From Candidatus Hydrogenedentota bacterium (lineage in GTDB: Bacteria; Hydrogenedentota; Hydrogenedentia; Hydrogenedentales; JAEUWI01), in contig JAXMOL010000031.1 of NCBI GenBank assembly GCA_034669905.1, forward strand, positions 1 to 64,000: DNA of 64,000 bases, in the 5' to 3' direction. Made by a program: the position numbers and the translations under genes. Under the pieces are notes generated by a model. The model was not told the DNA's origin and ran no database searches. It worked only from the letters and a program-made list of their open reading frames with translations. Of the stretch, positions 28,544-37,985 are shown piece after piece; the stretch's first letter is position 1, and each line of letters opens with the position of its first letter.

Positions 28544-31375
28544 CTACTCGGCCGTCCCGGGATACCACATGGACATGGGGTCGGGACCGTCGCCTGTGTC
28601 GATGATGTCCACCACTTCCAGGGTCTCCGTATCCACCACATGCAGTCCATCGAGATTCTCGCAACCCACGTAGGCGAATTTCTCATCGGGACTCAGCTCG
28701 ACACCAATCGCCAGGGCTCCCACCTTCACCCGCTTAATCTCTTTGCGGTTGGGCACGTCGAGGACAATCAACACGCCCTCCTGCGTCCAGCTGGGAATGT
28801 AGGCGCGTTGTCCATCTTTGGTGAACTTTATGCGGACCGGCATGCCGGGCAGGTCGAAGCGTTCCACCACCGTGTGGGTGGCGAGGTCGATGATGGACAT
28901 GGATTCGCCGGACTGATTGGCAACCCAGAGCTGCTTCCCATCAGGAGTAAAGGCCATGCCCTCGGCACCCTCTTCGCAGGGAATCTGGGTAATCAGCTCG
29001 CCCGACTTGCGGTCGATGACGGACACATTCTCACTCGTGATATTGGCCGTATAGAGCCGTTTGTTGTCGTTGGACACCAACACCATGTGGCTAATCTTCC
29101 CGTGGGTGGGAATGGCCCGGGTCATTTCGTGGGTCGCCGTATCGACTTCCACCACCCAGCCCGTCTGCCCCGCCGTGAAATAGGCGTTCTTCCCGTCGGG
29201 TGCCATGGTGGCCCCGTGGATGCGGGTGTGCTCACCCGTCATAATCTGCTTGATGTGTTTCCGCGCGACCAGGTCCACCACCGAAATGGAGTTGCCCGGC
29301 GCCGCATAGTTGGAGAGGTACATGAAGCGCTGGTCGGGCGTGATGGTCAGTTCATGGGGATTGTGGCCCACGGTGATGGTCTGCTCCACCTCCAGGGTCT
29401 TCGGGTCAATATAGCTGACCGTGTCGCTGTGCTTGTTCGCCACGATGAGCATGGGCTTGGCCACGCGGGAGGCGGGACCACCCAGCTCGGGGAATAGGGA
29501 AAAGTCGGGCTCCACACCGCGCTCACGGGAGGTGAAGAAATTGAACATCATGATACCGTCGACACCGTCGGTCCAGAGCTTCTTCGCAATCTTGCGGTAG
29601 GCATCTGCTTCTTTCTCCACTTCGATGGAGGCGTACATAGGCAACGTATCCGGGAAAAGACCACGGTACTCGGCCACGGGCAGGTCAAAGTTGTTGTGGA
29701 GGTAGTGGGAAATGGTCACACTATCGAGCAGGCCGTCTTTCGCCCATTGGACGGGGTCCAGACCAATCCCCAGGTTCTCTTCCGGCCTGGCCATGACCCG
29801 CGCGGTCAGATGAATGGGTGCGCCGCGCTTTTCCCCCACTTCCTTCGTCATGGCGCGCACTTCCGCCATCCAGGCATTCATGGTGGCGATGTTTTCTTTT
29901 TCCTTGCCAAAGGGGAAGTAAACCGGGAAGCGCTGAAAGTCGATATCAAGGCCATCGATGGGATAGCGCTCGCAGATTTCGCGCAACTGGGCCAGCTTCC
30001 GCGCCCGCACTTCCGGCACGGCAAAATTCAGTCCACCCGGCAACCAGGCCGCCACCACGGGACTGGTCCGGGGTCCGAGGATGTCGAGGTAATTCTGGGG
30101 CACCTCATCCCCCATGGTGGCCACCCGCCACTCGGGGTGTTCCAGCCAGAACTCGGAGAGGAGCATGTTGGCGGGCTTCTCCACCCAGTGCACTTCATTC
30201 AACCGGAAGCTGACAAAAGCCTCCAGCCCTTTTTCTTTCGCCCGGTCAATCATGAGGCCGAGGGGATCGTGCCCCGCCTCAATGAGGCCCCGCAGATTGG
30301 CCACGGTCCGTTCCTGGGATTTCTCCGGCGTGTTCTCCCGGTCGGCGATGCGCTCCGCTTCTTCCGGGTTCGGGTGGCTGCCATAAAGGGCGCAGTGTTC
30401 ACCCTGAAAGTTGAAGTCCATGCCGACGTGGGGCGACACGCTGAAGGTCGTTATGCCCGTGTCCGCCACTTCGTCCACATAGCTGTAGACATCTTCCGGC
30501 GTCATGGGGTAGCCCTTGTAGATGAGCCAGTTGTTGCCATCCGTGTTGTAAATGAAACGCTTTTCCCGCCCCGTGTCGACAGCCGCCTGTTTTTCTTCCA
30601 GCGACGTTAACACCACCTTGCGGACGAAGAGCTCGGCCCCTTCCGATTGAATCTGGAGGCGTCCCTTCGTCGGCTTGCAGTCCAGGGCGCGATTGACCAC
30701 CACGCCGTTGAGCAACACCGTAATCTTGCTGCCGTCGGCGATGACCTCAAGACGGTTCCACTCGCCCAGGGGCTTTTCGACATCCTGGGCACCACGGAAG
30801 TCTTTGACGTCGGCCCAGTCAGGGTCACGGCCCCACCAGTTGATACGGCCACTGTTCATGGTGAAGGGCTCGCCGTCCGGACTGAATACCGGCGTTTTCC
30901 CGTGCCTCTCTTCCGCGACCGGCGCGGTGATTTCGTAGGTGGGCGACTTGTCCCCCACCACGAGAAGGTCACCGGTGCCGCCTTCAATCATCTGCACCTC
31001 GAGGCAATACATCCACGTATCGTTATAGCCGCCATCCTCGCCAAAGGAGTGAATCAAGAGGCCCGAATCCCGCGCGCGATCGGCACGGGAACCGTAGGTG
31101 ATCTCACCCCACTTGAACTCCATCAGCAGGTGGTAATCAGCGTATTCTTCCTTCGACGTGACACAGCCCCACTCTTCGCCCGAGATGCGGAGCACGCCCT
31201 CGTCCATGGTGAACACGTTCTTCGGATCGACATCTCTGCCCCGGCCCTGAAGCCACGTGTACCAATGGTCGAGACTCCCGTTCTCCAGGAGGTCGACGGT
31301 GGCGGGCGCGCTCATGGCGGGCAAGGCACCGAGCAGGAGTAGGGCAGAAAGCATGGATAGCAGCAACTTTTTCAT
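28544..31375 (-). CDS. Secreted three-domain fusion: DUF1080 + GHL10-like TIM barrel + YVTN/YncE beta-propeller
   Basis: DUF1080 (RDSGLLIH, GRLQIQSEGAE); FIYNTDG...SFRLNEVH...IDGLDIDFQR; YVTN repeats (ANKHSDTVSYID, LYTANITSENVSVID). Confidence 0.85.
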   Translation of the reverse strand: MKKLLLSMLSALLLLGALPAMSAPATVDLLENGSLDHWYTWLQGRGRDVDPKNVFTMDEGVLRISGEEWGCVTSKEEYADYHLLMEFKWGEITYGSRADRARDSGLLIHSFGEDGGYNDTWMYCLEVQMIEGGTGDLLVVGDKSPTYEITAPVAEERHGKTPVFSPDGEPFTMNSGRINWWGRDPDWADVKDFRGAQDVEKPLGEWNRLEVIADGSKITVLLNGVVVNRALDCKPTKGRLQIQSEGAELFVRKVVLTSLEEKQAAVDTGREKRFIYNTDGNNWLIYKGYPMTPEDVYSYVDEVADTGITTFSVSPHVGMDFNFQGEHCALYGSHPNPEEAERIADRENTPEKSQERTVANLRGLIEAGHDPLGLMIDRAKEKGLEAFVSFRLNEVHWVEKPANMLLSEFWLEHPEWRVATMGDEVPQNYLDILGPRTSPVVAAWLPGGLNFAVPEVRARKLAQLREICERYPIDGLDIDFQRFPVYFPFGKEKENIATMNAWMAEVRAMTKEVGEKRGAPIHLTARVMARPEENLGIGLDPVQWAKDGLLDSVTISHYLHNNFDLPVAEYRGLFPDTLPMYASIEVEKEADAYRKIAKKLWTDGVDGIMMFNFFTSRERGVEPDFSLFPELGGPASRVAKPMLIVANKHSDTVSYIDPKTLEVEQTITVGHNPHELTITPDQRFMYLSNYAAPGNSISVVDLVARKHIKQIMTGEHTRIHGATMAPDGKNAYFTAGQTGWVVEVDTATHEMTRAIPTHGKISHMVLVSNDNKRLYTANITSENVSVIDRKSGELITQIPCEEGAEGMAFTPDGKQLWVANQSGESMSIIDLATHTVVERFDLPGMPVRIKFTKDGQRAYIPSWTQEGVLIVLDVPNRKEIKRVKVGALAIGVELSPDEKFAYVGCENLDGLHVVDTETLEVVDIIDTGDGPDPMSMWYPGTAE

Positions 31376-31427
31376 CGTCATAGTACCGATCTGGTTAAAT
31401 TGCAATGATGTCCCAATGTCGCCGCGT

Positions 31428-32225
31428 CTATTTCTTCTGCGACGCGGACAAGGGGCTGAGTTTCACGGTGCGCACGAAGAGCTCGGCCCCTTCCGACTGA
31501 ATCTGGAGCCGGCCCTTGGTGGGTTTACAATCCAGGGCTGCGTTCACGACCACACCATTCAAGAGCACGGTAATTTTTCCCCCATCGGCGATGACTTCCA
31601 GCAGGTTCCATTCACCCACGGGCTTTTCGACGTCCTGGGCACCGCGAAAATCCTTGGTGTCCGTCCAGGCAGCGTCACGGCCCCACCAGTTGATACGGCC
31701 ACTGTTCATCGTGATGGGCTCACCATCGGCCTGGTACACCGGGGAATTCCCCTGTTTCTCTTTGGCCACAGGCGCCGTAATTTCGTAGGTAGGGGATTTG
31801 TCGCCCACGACCAACAGGTCGCCGGTGCCGCCCTCAATCATCTGTACTTCCAGGCAATACATCCACGTGCCGCTATAGCCACCGTCTTCGCCAAAGGAAT
31901 GAATGAGCAGGCCCGAATCCCGCGCGCGGTCTTTCCGGCTACCGTGGGTAATTTCGCCCCACTTGAATTCCATGGTCAGGTGATAATCGGAATATTCTTC
32001 CTGCGACGTAACACAACCCCACTCCTCACCAGAAATACGGAGGATGCCGTCTTCCATGGTGAAGACGTTCTTGGGGTCGATGTCTTTGCCCCGCCCCTTC
32101 ACCCAGGTATACCAGTGGTCGAGTTTCCCCCCTTCCAGCAGGTCAATGGGTTCGGTGACCGTCTGCGCTGGGGCAGTAAAGCAAAGGGGGGTTAAGAGCA
32201 TGGACAATGCAAGCAAGGTTCTCAT
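31428..32225 (-). CDS. Secreted DUF1080 protein, close paralog of the N-terminal domain of the downstream gene
   Basis: Long identical stretches with 28544-31375, e.g. TWMYCLEVQMIEGGTGDLLVVGDKSPTYEITAPVA. Confidence 0.88.
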   Translation of the reverse strand: MRTLLALSMLLTPLCFTAPAQTVTEPIDLLEGGKLDHWYTWVKGRGKDIDPKNVFTMEDGILRISGEEWGCVTSQEEYSDYHLTMEFKWGEITHGSRKDRARDSGLLIHSFGEDGGYSGTWMYCLEVQMIEGGTGDLLVVGDKSPTYEITAPVAKEKQGNSPVYQADGEPITMNSGRINWWGRDAAWTDTKDFRGAQDVEKPVGEWNLLEVIADGGKITVLLNGVVVNAALDCKPTKGRLQIQSEGAELFVRTVKLSPLSASQKK

Positions 32226-32282
32226 AATAGCTACCTGTTGGTTGAATCTGTGAAAAGTAAAACGCACCAATGCGTTGAAGAC

Positions 32283-33599
32283 TTACCCTAAGGGACCGTA
32301 TTGGGATTCGGCAAATTCAAGCAGCCCACAGGCCGCCAGTTTTTCAAGAGGAACGAGGCAAGTCACTTGGACCACCCCCGGGTGACGTCCGATTTCGATA
32401 CCGCCGTTGATGGTCGCGCGGTTTTTCACTTCCGCCACCGACATATCGAGCAGTGCGGCCGCCCGTTCAAGTCCGTTGTCCGTAGCGGCGTTCAGGTCCG
32501 CGCCAGTGCCGACCACGGAAATAGGTGCCGTCTCTTCGATGGCATCAAGTCCATAGCTCTTGGCCAGTGCCAACGCCTTTGCACGTTCCCGGGCGGTGAA
32601 GGGCTTGGCGAGAAAGGGCAAATCTTCGGCGACCGGGAAGAGCACGGGGCCATCAATCCCCAGGCCTTTCAGCACATGAACCTGGAGAGTCACCGTGCCC
32701 GACACGTCGCAGGTATGGCCCGCAATTTCGCCGTCACCCTGAAGGGCGTGCATATCCCCCATATAGATGCCACCGCCCGGCACTTTCACCGGACAAATCA
32801 GGATAGCGCCCGCACGAACGGCGTCGATATCCATGTGCCCATCCGTGCGGTGAACAAGTTGTTCTTCCGTAATGGCCAGGTCGTGGGGCGCGCCAATGAG
32901 AAACTGGCCGAAGTCCCCGGCGTTATGGCTGTCGGGAAAGGGAATGGAGGGCGTCGTGCCGAGTTGCCCCATGAAAGGACGGAGCCGTGCCATCATCCCC
33001 ACCAGGTCGTGTTGGGCCAGGGTGAGCACCGAGTTCTGCACGGAATTCACCGGCATGGCTGCGTAGCGTTTGGCATCCCGCGCAATCTTCTCGGCAGCAT
33101 CTTCCGTCAGGGTCACGCCCACTTCGTGGTTTTCATCAAAGGCGATGGTGTAGCCGTTGCCGATGGTGAAGGGCGTTGTTTCCGCGCCGCAGTGGGCGCA
33201 TTGAATCGCGCCACAGCCCGTGCCCACCAGTTTCGTTTCGGGGTTGAGGGTGCCACATTCGGGACAGCGGGGTGCCACGAAGGGGTCGCCGTCAAAGCGG
33301 CCCGCCATGGCCACATCGGTGCCGGAAGCGGTCGCCATGGACGTGACGGTGATGTCCCGGATAACAATCGCGATGGCATCCCCCACTTCGGCCCCTTCGA
33401 CCGCCACGGGAATGGTCACTTCGTGACCGCCACGGAGGCAGGGCGTCAGCATGGGCCCCCAGCATCCCGGTGCCGTGTTGGCCACAATATGGCCTCCATC
33501 CCGCACCGGCCCCAACATGGGTTTCGCCGGGTCCAGGACGCCGTCGGTGTATTGATCGACGAGCACGGTTTCGCGGGCAGTCTCAGGAGGTGTGGTCAT
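32283..33599 (-). CDS. Acetamidase/formamidase family protein
   Basis: GGHEVTIPVAVEGAEVGD, DGHMDID and GDMHALQGDGEIAG motifs; CxxC...CxxC insert. Confidence 0.88.
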   Translation of the reverse strand: MTTPPETARETVLVDQYTDGVLDPAKPMLGPVRDGGHIVANTAPGCWGPMLTPCLRGGHEVTIPVAVEGAEVGDAIAIVIRDITVTSMATASGTDVAMAGRFDGDPFVAPRCPECGTLNPETKLVGTGCGAIQCAHCGAETTPFTIGNGYTIAFDENHEVGVTLTEDAAEKIARDAKRYAAMPVNSVQNSVLTLAQHDLVGMMARLRPFMGQLGTTPSIPFPDSHNAGDFGQFLIGAPHDLAITEEQLVHRTDGHMDIDAVRAGAILICPVKVPGGGIYMGDMHALQGDGEIAGHTCDVSGTVTLQVHVLKGLGIDGPVLFPVAEDLPFLAKPFTARERAKALALAKSYGLDAIEETAPISVVGTGADLNAATDNGLERAAALLDMSVAEVKNRATINGGIEIGRHPGVVQVTCLVPLEKLAACGLLEFAESQYGPLG

Positions 33600-33721
33600 G
33601 ATAATGCGCCTTTATCTGGTTAACACCCAAGTTGTTATAACCAATTATAGGAGCCAGGTAGCCGGAAATCAACGGATTAGAATCGAAGCACAAAGTCGGG
33701 CCAGCGTGTGGAGGATCTATT

Positions 33722-34044
33722 TAACCTCAAAGAACGCAGAAAGCACAAAAAAGTGCAGGCCTCACGACAAGATGAAATTATCGGGGACAAGAACTGTTGA
33801 ACCACGAATAGACACGAATTTACACGAATTGAACGAAGACCTTGAGCCTCAACGCAGGCAAGGAGTGCCAACCGCTGTCGCTACCACACATAGTTAGACG
33901 GACTACCGAAGTCGCCGCCGTCACCCACGGCATGGGCAAGGTGCTCGCGTACAGTCATCCTTTGTGCTCTTTGCGTTCTTTGTGGTTAGAAAATTCTTTC
34001 CAACGATATTCGTTCGTGTTAATTCGTGTCCATTCGTGGTTCAA
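33722..34044. repeat. Two interleaved inverted-repeat pairs of periodic AACCAC.. repeats
   Basis: Pair A: 33722-33749 / 33961-33988 (25/28). Pair B: 33797-33828 / 34013-34044 (30/32). Confidence 0.85.
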
Positions 34045-34047
34045 ATC

Positions 34048-37047
34048 CTAGTCCGACACCACGTCCTTCGCCAACAGCCCCGGGGAGCGGGTCACGATCG
34101 TTAATTCGTGCTGCCCGGTAAGGCCACTGAGGTCGATGATACCCGTTGCTGAATTAAAGGGCACGTCTACCCCGGCCGCCGTCACGGACACCATCTGAAA
34201 GGGTTCCGGCAGGCGAATCTTGAGCTTCGTTTCCTCCATGACGTCCCGCGTGGGCAAGTCCACCGAAACATCCACACGCTGCTCGGCCAGCCGGGAAGCG
34301 ATGCGGTAGCTCACAGGACCAAAGCAGGTCGGCGCGGCATCCACCACGATTTCCTTGCCGTGCTCCAACCATTCCCGCGGGGTCGCGTGGGCCAGGTAAA
34401 GACTCTCGGGCAAACCGGTTTCGTGATTGAAAGAATCGCGGACCAGCATGAGGCGCAGATTCAAAAGCAACGCACAGTTGTTGGCACTCGTCGGGCCCCC
34501 ATAGGTGGAGCGATAATATTCACCGGGACGCTCGCCCAGCGTACTCCCTTCGCCCGTAACGAAGGTATTGCGTGTCATGCCGTGGGCCAGCTTGCCGTAG
34601 AAGGTCAAGACCTGCCGCTCGGCCATGTCCTGGGCCGCAATCATCCGCAGGTAAGCCGGCAGATACACATTGTCCACCCCCGTGGTGTAATAGCCCGGCA
34701 GGCCATCGCGCCGAAAGGAGCCAATGGGCGTCGGGTAATAATTGAAGCGCAACATTCCCAGGAAGGTCGCACCGTGGCCGTGCATGTAGTCGGCGATCCG
34801 GCCCAACTCTGGGCCGTCCATGGGCCAATAGCCCGTGGCAAAGGCATAGGGAATAACCAGGTTCCAGTAGCTTCCGATGCGGGTTTCGGTAATCGACGTG
34901 TAGGGCAACTCGCCGGTGTAGAGGGCACGGGGCACGAAGAGGGACCCATCTTTCATCTCAGTGACGGCCTCGGTCATCCCTTTGTCGATGGCGGCCTTGA
35001 GCTGGTCCGCGAGGGGACGATACCGGTCATACAGGTCCGTGCGGCCAATCGCTTTCCACACTTCCGCCATATCACGGATGCCCTGCCACCCGACGGTCTG
35101 GTGGAAAATGTAGTGGGCCACTTCCGGGATGTCGCCACACTGGCGCTGCTTTGTGAGGAGGCCGTATTCATCTTCGGCCATCTGCTGCTTGAAGATTTCG
35201 CAAATCTCGACGAAGGCCTCGGTGTGCTTCGCAATGAAATCGGCGTCACGGGTGAGGAAATAGTAGTGCGCGCCGTGGGTGAGCTTTTCGCCCCGCTCCC
35301 AATTAATGTAGTAGCCTTCGCCCTTGGTCATGTCGAGCAGGGCACCCAGCCCATCGCGATAGGCCTGGGGATGACCAAACTCGCCGAGGGTTTGCACCGC
35401 GTCACTGCTCTCCGGTTGGTAGAAGCTGTCGTGATAGACCACGGAGCCCAGGCTATAGCGCCAGCGCAGGATGAGGTTCTGCATGAGCAGGTTCCGCTGC
35501 ACATCCATGACGTGGGCTTCGGGCACCTGGAAACGCATCACGGGGGCCAATTCTTTTGTCCAGTAAGCCACCATGGATTCCCGGGCCGATTCATAGCCTG
35601 CTGCGGAAACTTGAATCCCGTCATTGAGCGGCGCTTCCGGCGACCAACACACATAGAGCGTGTGGGTGCCCGGCGCTACGGTCCAGGCAATGCCGTCCTC
35701 CGATTTATCGACGCGCTGAAAGCCGTCGGACACGTCAACACGGCAGCGACTCCCGGCGTCATCCCCGAAATCGAGATACAATTCGGCGGTATCATTCTCT
35801 TCGAGTACCGAAACTTCCATGCGCACAAAGGCCAATACGCCCTCGTGGCCCGGAACTTCGGCGGCGAAACTGGTCTGCTGATAGCGATTTCCGCTGCGAT
35901 CCGTGTAGCCCGTTTCCAATATGGGCAGGTAGTTCTCCGCGAGGTAAGGGCCGTTCAAGCGCTCCAGCACACTCCCGTAAACCTCTTTGTTTGATCCCAC
36001 ACGCCACGCAAGGAAATCTTCACTCTGATAGACATTCGCCGCAATACGGCTGCCATCGGCCAGGGGCACCAGGTAAGGCGGCTCACCCCCACTCTTGCCG
36101 AAGAGGAGATTGTGCACCCCCATTTCCGTATAGGCGTGTCCCGTGGAAAAAAAGAGGGGGTGGAGTATGTCCTTCATGTTTTCATAGGTGGCACCCCCCT
36201 GGGCAATAAGGGCCTCGCCCCAGACATCCCGATTTGATTCCAGGGCTTCATTGAGCCGTGTCGCATAGGGGGTCAGCCCACCAGCTTCCCCGCCCTGGGG
36301 GTAGGCCGACACCTCAGCCTCAAACGACGCGGCAAGCGTGGCGACATCCAGGGCCGCGTCGTAGAGCCGTACTTCGCTGATGTAGCCTTCATAGCAATAG
36401 GCTTCCGTCTTGGGGAGATTCCCATAGGCTCCCAGAAGCAGGGGCGTGTCGTAGGCATCAATGGCCCCCGTAGCAGGAACCGCCTCCCCCGCCGGACCGC
36501 CGTTGCAATAGAGACGCAGGGCCGCGCCATCATAGGTCGCTGTCGCGCGGTTCCACCCTGATTCCAACGCAACATCCTTTACTACCAGGGAGACGAGCTT
36601 TCCGCCCAGACTCACGTAAAAGGCCAGGGTTCTGGGATACTCCACGTCATCGGAAAGAAAAAGTCCATACTGATACATGGCTCCCTCGTGGGACGGAGCC
36701 GATTTCACAACGAGGGGTTTCTGATTGAAGACCTGGCCGTCGGGCAACTTAAACCAAACCGTCAGGGACAGGTGCTCAGGGTTCAGCACCGGCGCGTTGG
36801 GGACTTCTACATAGCTGTCTTTTCCCCCAAACCACGCACTGGGATGGTCGATGAGATCTTCCACCCGCCAGAGGATATCCACACCATGAAGGCCCCCGGC
36901 CAACTCGGGTGTCACCTTGTTGGGCAGTCTGTCCCCTACTTCCGCCGTCGCCGCCCAATGGGCCACGGGGTCCGTCGCCAGCGCCCCCACCGCAAACATC
37001 ATTGCCCCGATAAATACCAGGCCCTTGAAACACGTCACCAAATACAC
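34048..37047 (-). CDS. Secreted LamG-like jellyroll + (alpha/alpha)6 glycosidase-like protein
   Basis: LamG motifs (WNRATATYDGAALRLYCNG, YEGYISEVRLYDAAL); C-terminal ATPREWLEHG...APTCFG. Likely GTG start at 37047 after GAGGGAG. Confidence 0.7.
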   Translation of the reverse strand: MYLVTCFKGLVFIGAMMFAVGALATDPVAHWAATAEVGDRLPNKVTPELAGGLHGVDILWRVEDLIDHPSAWFGGKDSYVEVPNAPVLNPEHLSLTVWFKLPDGQVFNQKPLVVKSAPSHEGAMYQYGLFLSDDVEYPRTLAFYVSLGGKLVSLVVKDVALESGWNRATATYDGAALRLYCNGGPAGEAVPATGAIDAYDTPLLLGAYGNLPKTEAYCYEGYISEVRLYDAALDVATLAASFEAEVSAYPQGGEAGGLTPYATRLNEALESNRDVWGEALIAQGGATYENMKDILHPLFFSTGHAYTEMGVHNLLFGKSGGEPPYLVPLADGSRIAANVYQSEDFLAWRVGSNKEVYGSVLERLNGPYLAENYLPILETGYTDRSGNRYQQTSFAAEVPGHEGVLAFVRMEVSVLEENDTAELYLDFGDDAGSRCRVDVSDGFQRVDKSEDGIAWTVAPGTHTLYVCWSPEAPLNDGIQVSAAGYESARESMVAYWTKELAPVMRFQVPEAHVMDVQRNLLMQNLILRWRYSLGSVVYHDSFYQPESSDAVQTLGEFGHPQAYRDGLGALLDMTKGEGYYINWERGEKLTHGAHYYFLTRDADFIAKHTEAFVEICEIFKQQMAEDEYGLLTKQRQCGDIPEVAHYIFHQTVGWQGIRDMAEVWKAIGRTDLYDRYRPLADQLKAAIDKGMTEAVTEMKDGSLFVPRALYTGELPYTSITETRIGSYWNLVIPYAFATGYWPMDGPELGRIADYMHGHGATFLGMLRFNYYPTPIGSFRRDGLPGYYTTGVDNVYLPAYLRMIAAQDMAERQVLTFYGKLAHGMTRNTFVTGEGSTLGERPGEYYRSTYGGPTSANNCALLLNLRLMLVRDSFNHETGLPESLYLAHATPREWLEHGKEIVVDAAPTCFGPVSYRIASRLAEQRVDVSVDLPTRDVMEETKLKIRLPEPFQMVSVTAAGVDVPFNSATGIIDLSGLTGQHELTIVTRSPGLLAKDVVSD

Positions 37048-37069
37048 GTCACACACTCCCTCGATAGCA

Positions 37070-37903
37070 CTACGAGCAGGGGCGAAGCAACAACACATCA
37101 TCCGCCTCATCTGCCCTGATGTATTCACTGTAGTCGAGCAGGGGCAAGGATTCCAATTCTACGTCGCCCAGTGTAACGCGTTCGCCCGTTTTCAAGGCGC
37201 TGCCCTGTCGCAAGTGGGTCAACACCTGAAAGAGGAGGGACGTCATCTGTGCTTCCGGGCGGTCTGCCCCATCCACCAGCGCCACATTTTGACTGCCGAG
37301 TTCCCGCGCCCCCCGAGACACATAATAGGTCACGTCGTGGATATGCAGGGGACAAACGTTGATAAGGCGCTCGTGGCAGGCCTCAGGCGACCCGTCCACT
37401 ACTTCACGTAACACTTCCGATAAGGACGTGGTGTCAAAACACTGCTGTGCATTGCCATGGACGACGCCCAAGAGCCCCAGCGGCGCAAACATCTCGGCAA
37501 GACGAAACATGTCCAAGGTGGCCGCCACCCCATCCCCCCGATACGTGTCATACCAGCAGCTGAGGTGAAAGGTATGGGCCTGAAGCGATTCCAGCGTCCG
37601 ATCGGGGCGTCGGGTGGTATGAATATACCGGTCCAGGCGGCCCAATGGGCTATTCATTCCCACGGCCTTGATACTACCGTTGGGCAGGCCGACCTTCATC
37701 ACGACGCCATCATCCAGGGTCATCTCGTGCAAGGGGCCGTCGGGCCAGCCACTGATGGAGACCCCATTGGTTTCCATCACCGACGTACTGCGGCAGGAAT
37801 CCCGAAAGGCGTCATAGGCGGAAAACAACATGGTGATCTGCGGATACTTCATCCCAATCTCCCCGGTCACGCGATTCACGGGTTTCGGTGGCCTGGTCCG
37901 CAT
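37070..37903 (-). CDS. Hypothetical protein (C-terminus reminiscent of DUF4261)
   Basis: 277-aa ORF with GGAGAG RBS, co-oriented with neighbours. Confidence 0.5.
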   Translation of the reverse strand: MRTRPPKPVNRVTGEIGMKYPQITMLFSAYDAFRDSCRSTSVMETNGVSISGWPDGPLHEMTLDDGVVMKVGLPNGSIKAVGMNSPLGRLDRYIHTTRRPDRTLESLQAHTFHLSCWYDTYRGDGVAATLDMFRLAEMFAPLGLLGVVHGNAQQCFDTTSLSEVLREVVDGSPEACHERLINVCPLHIHDVTYYVSRGARELGSQNVALVDGADRPEAQMTSLLFQVLTHLRQGSALKTGERVTLGDVELESLPLLDYSEYIRADEADDVLLLRPCS

Positions 37904-37985
37904 CGCGGCTCTCTCCAGTCCTCACAATCACTTTTTACACTATTCGCTCCCCGTTTGCAACACCAGCGCCCCGGTCACCTCCAAC

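Noticed and set aside
30610..32145. Diversity-generating retroelement TR/VR pair
   Set aside because: Differences between the DUF1080 copies are not adenine-specific, both copies are coding, and no reverse transcriptase is present
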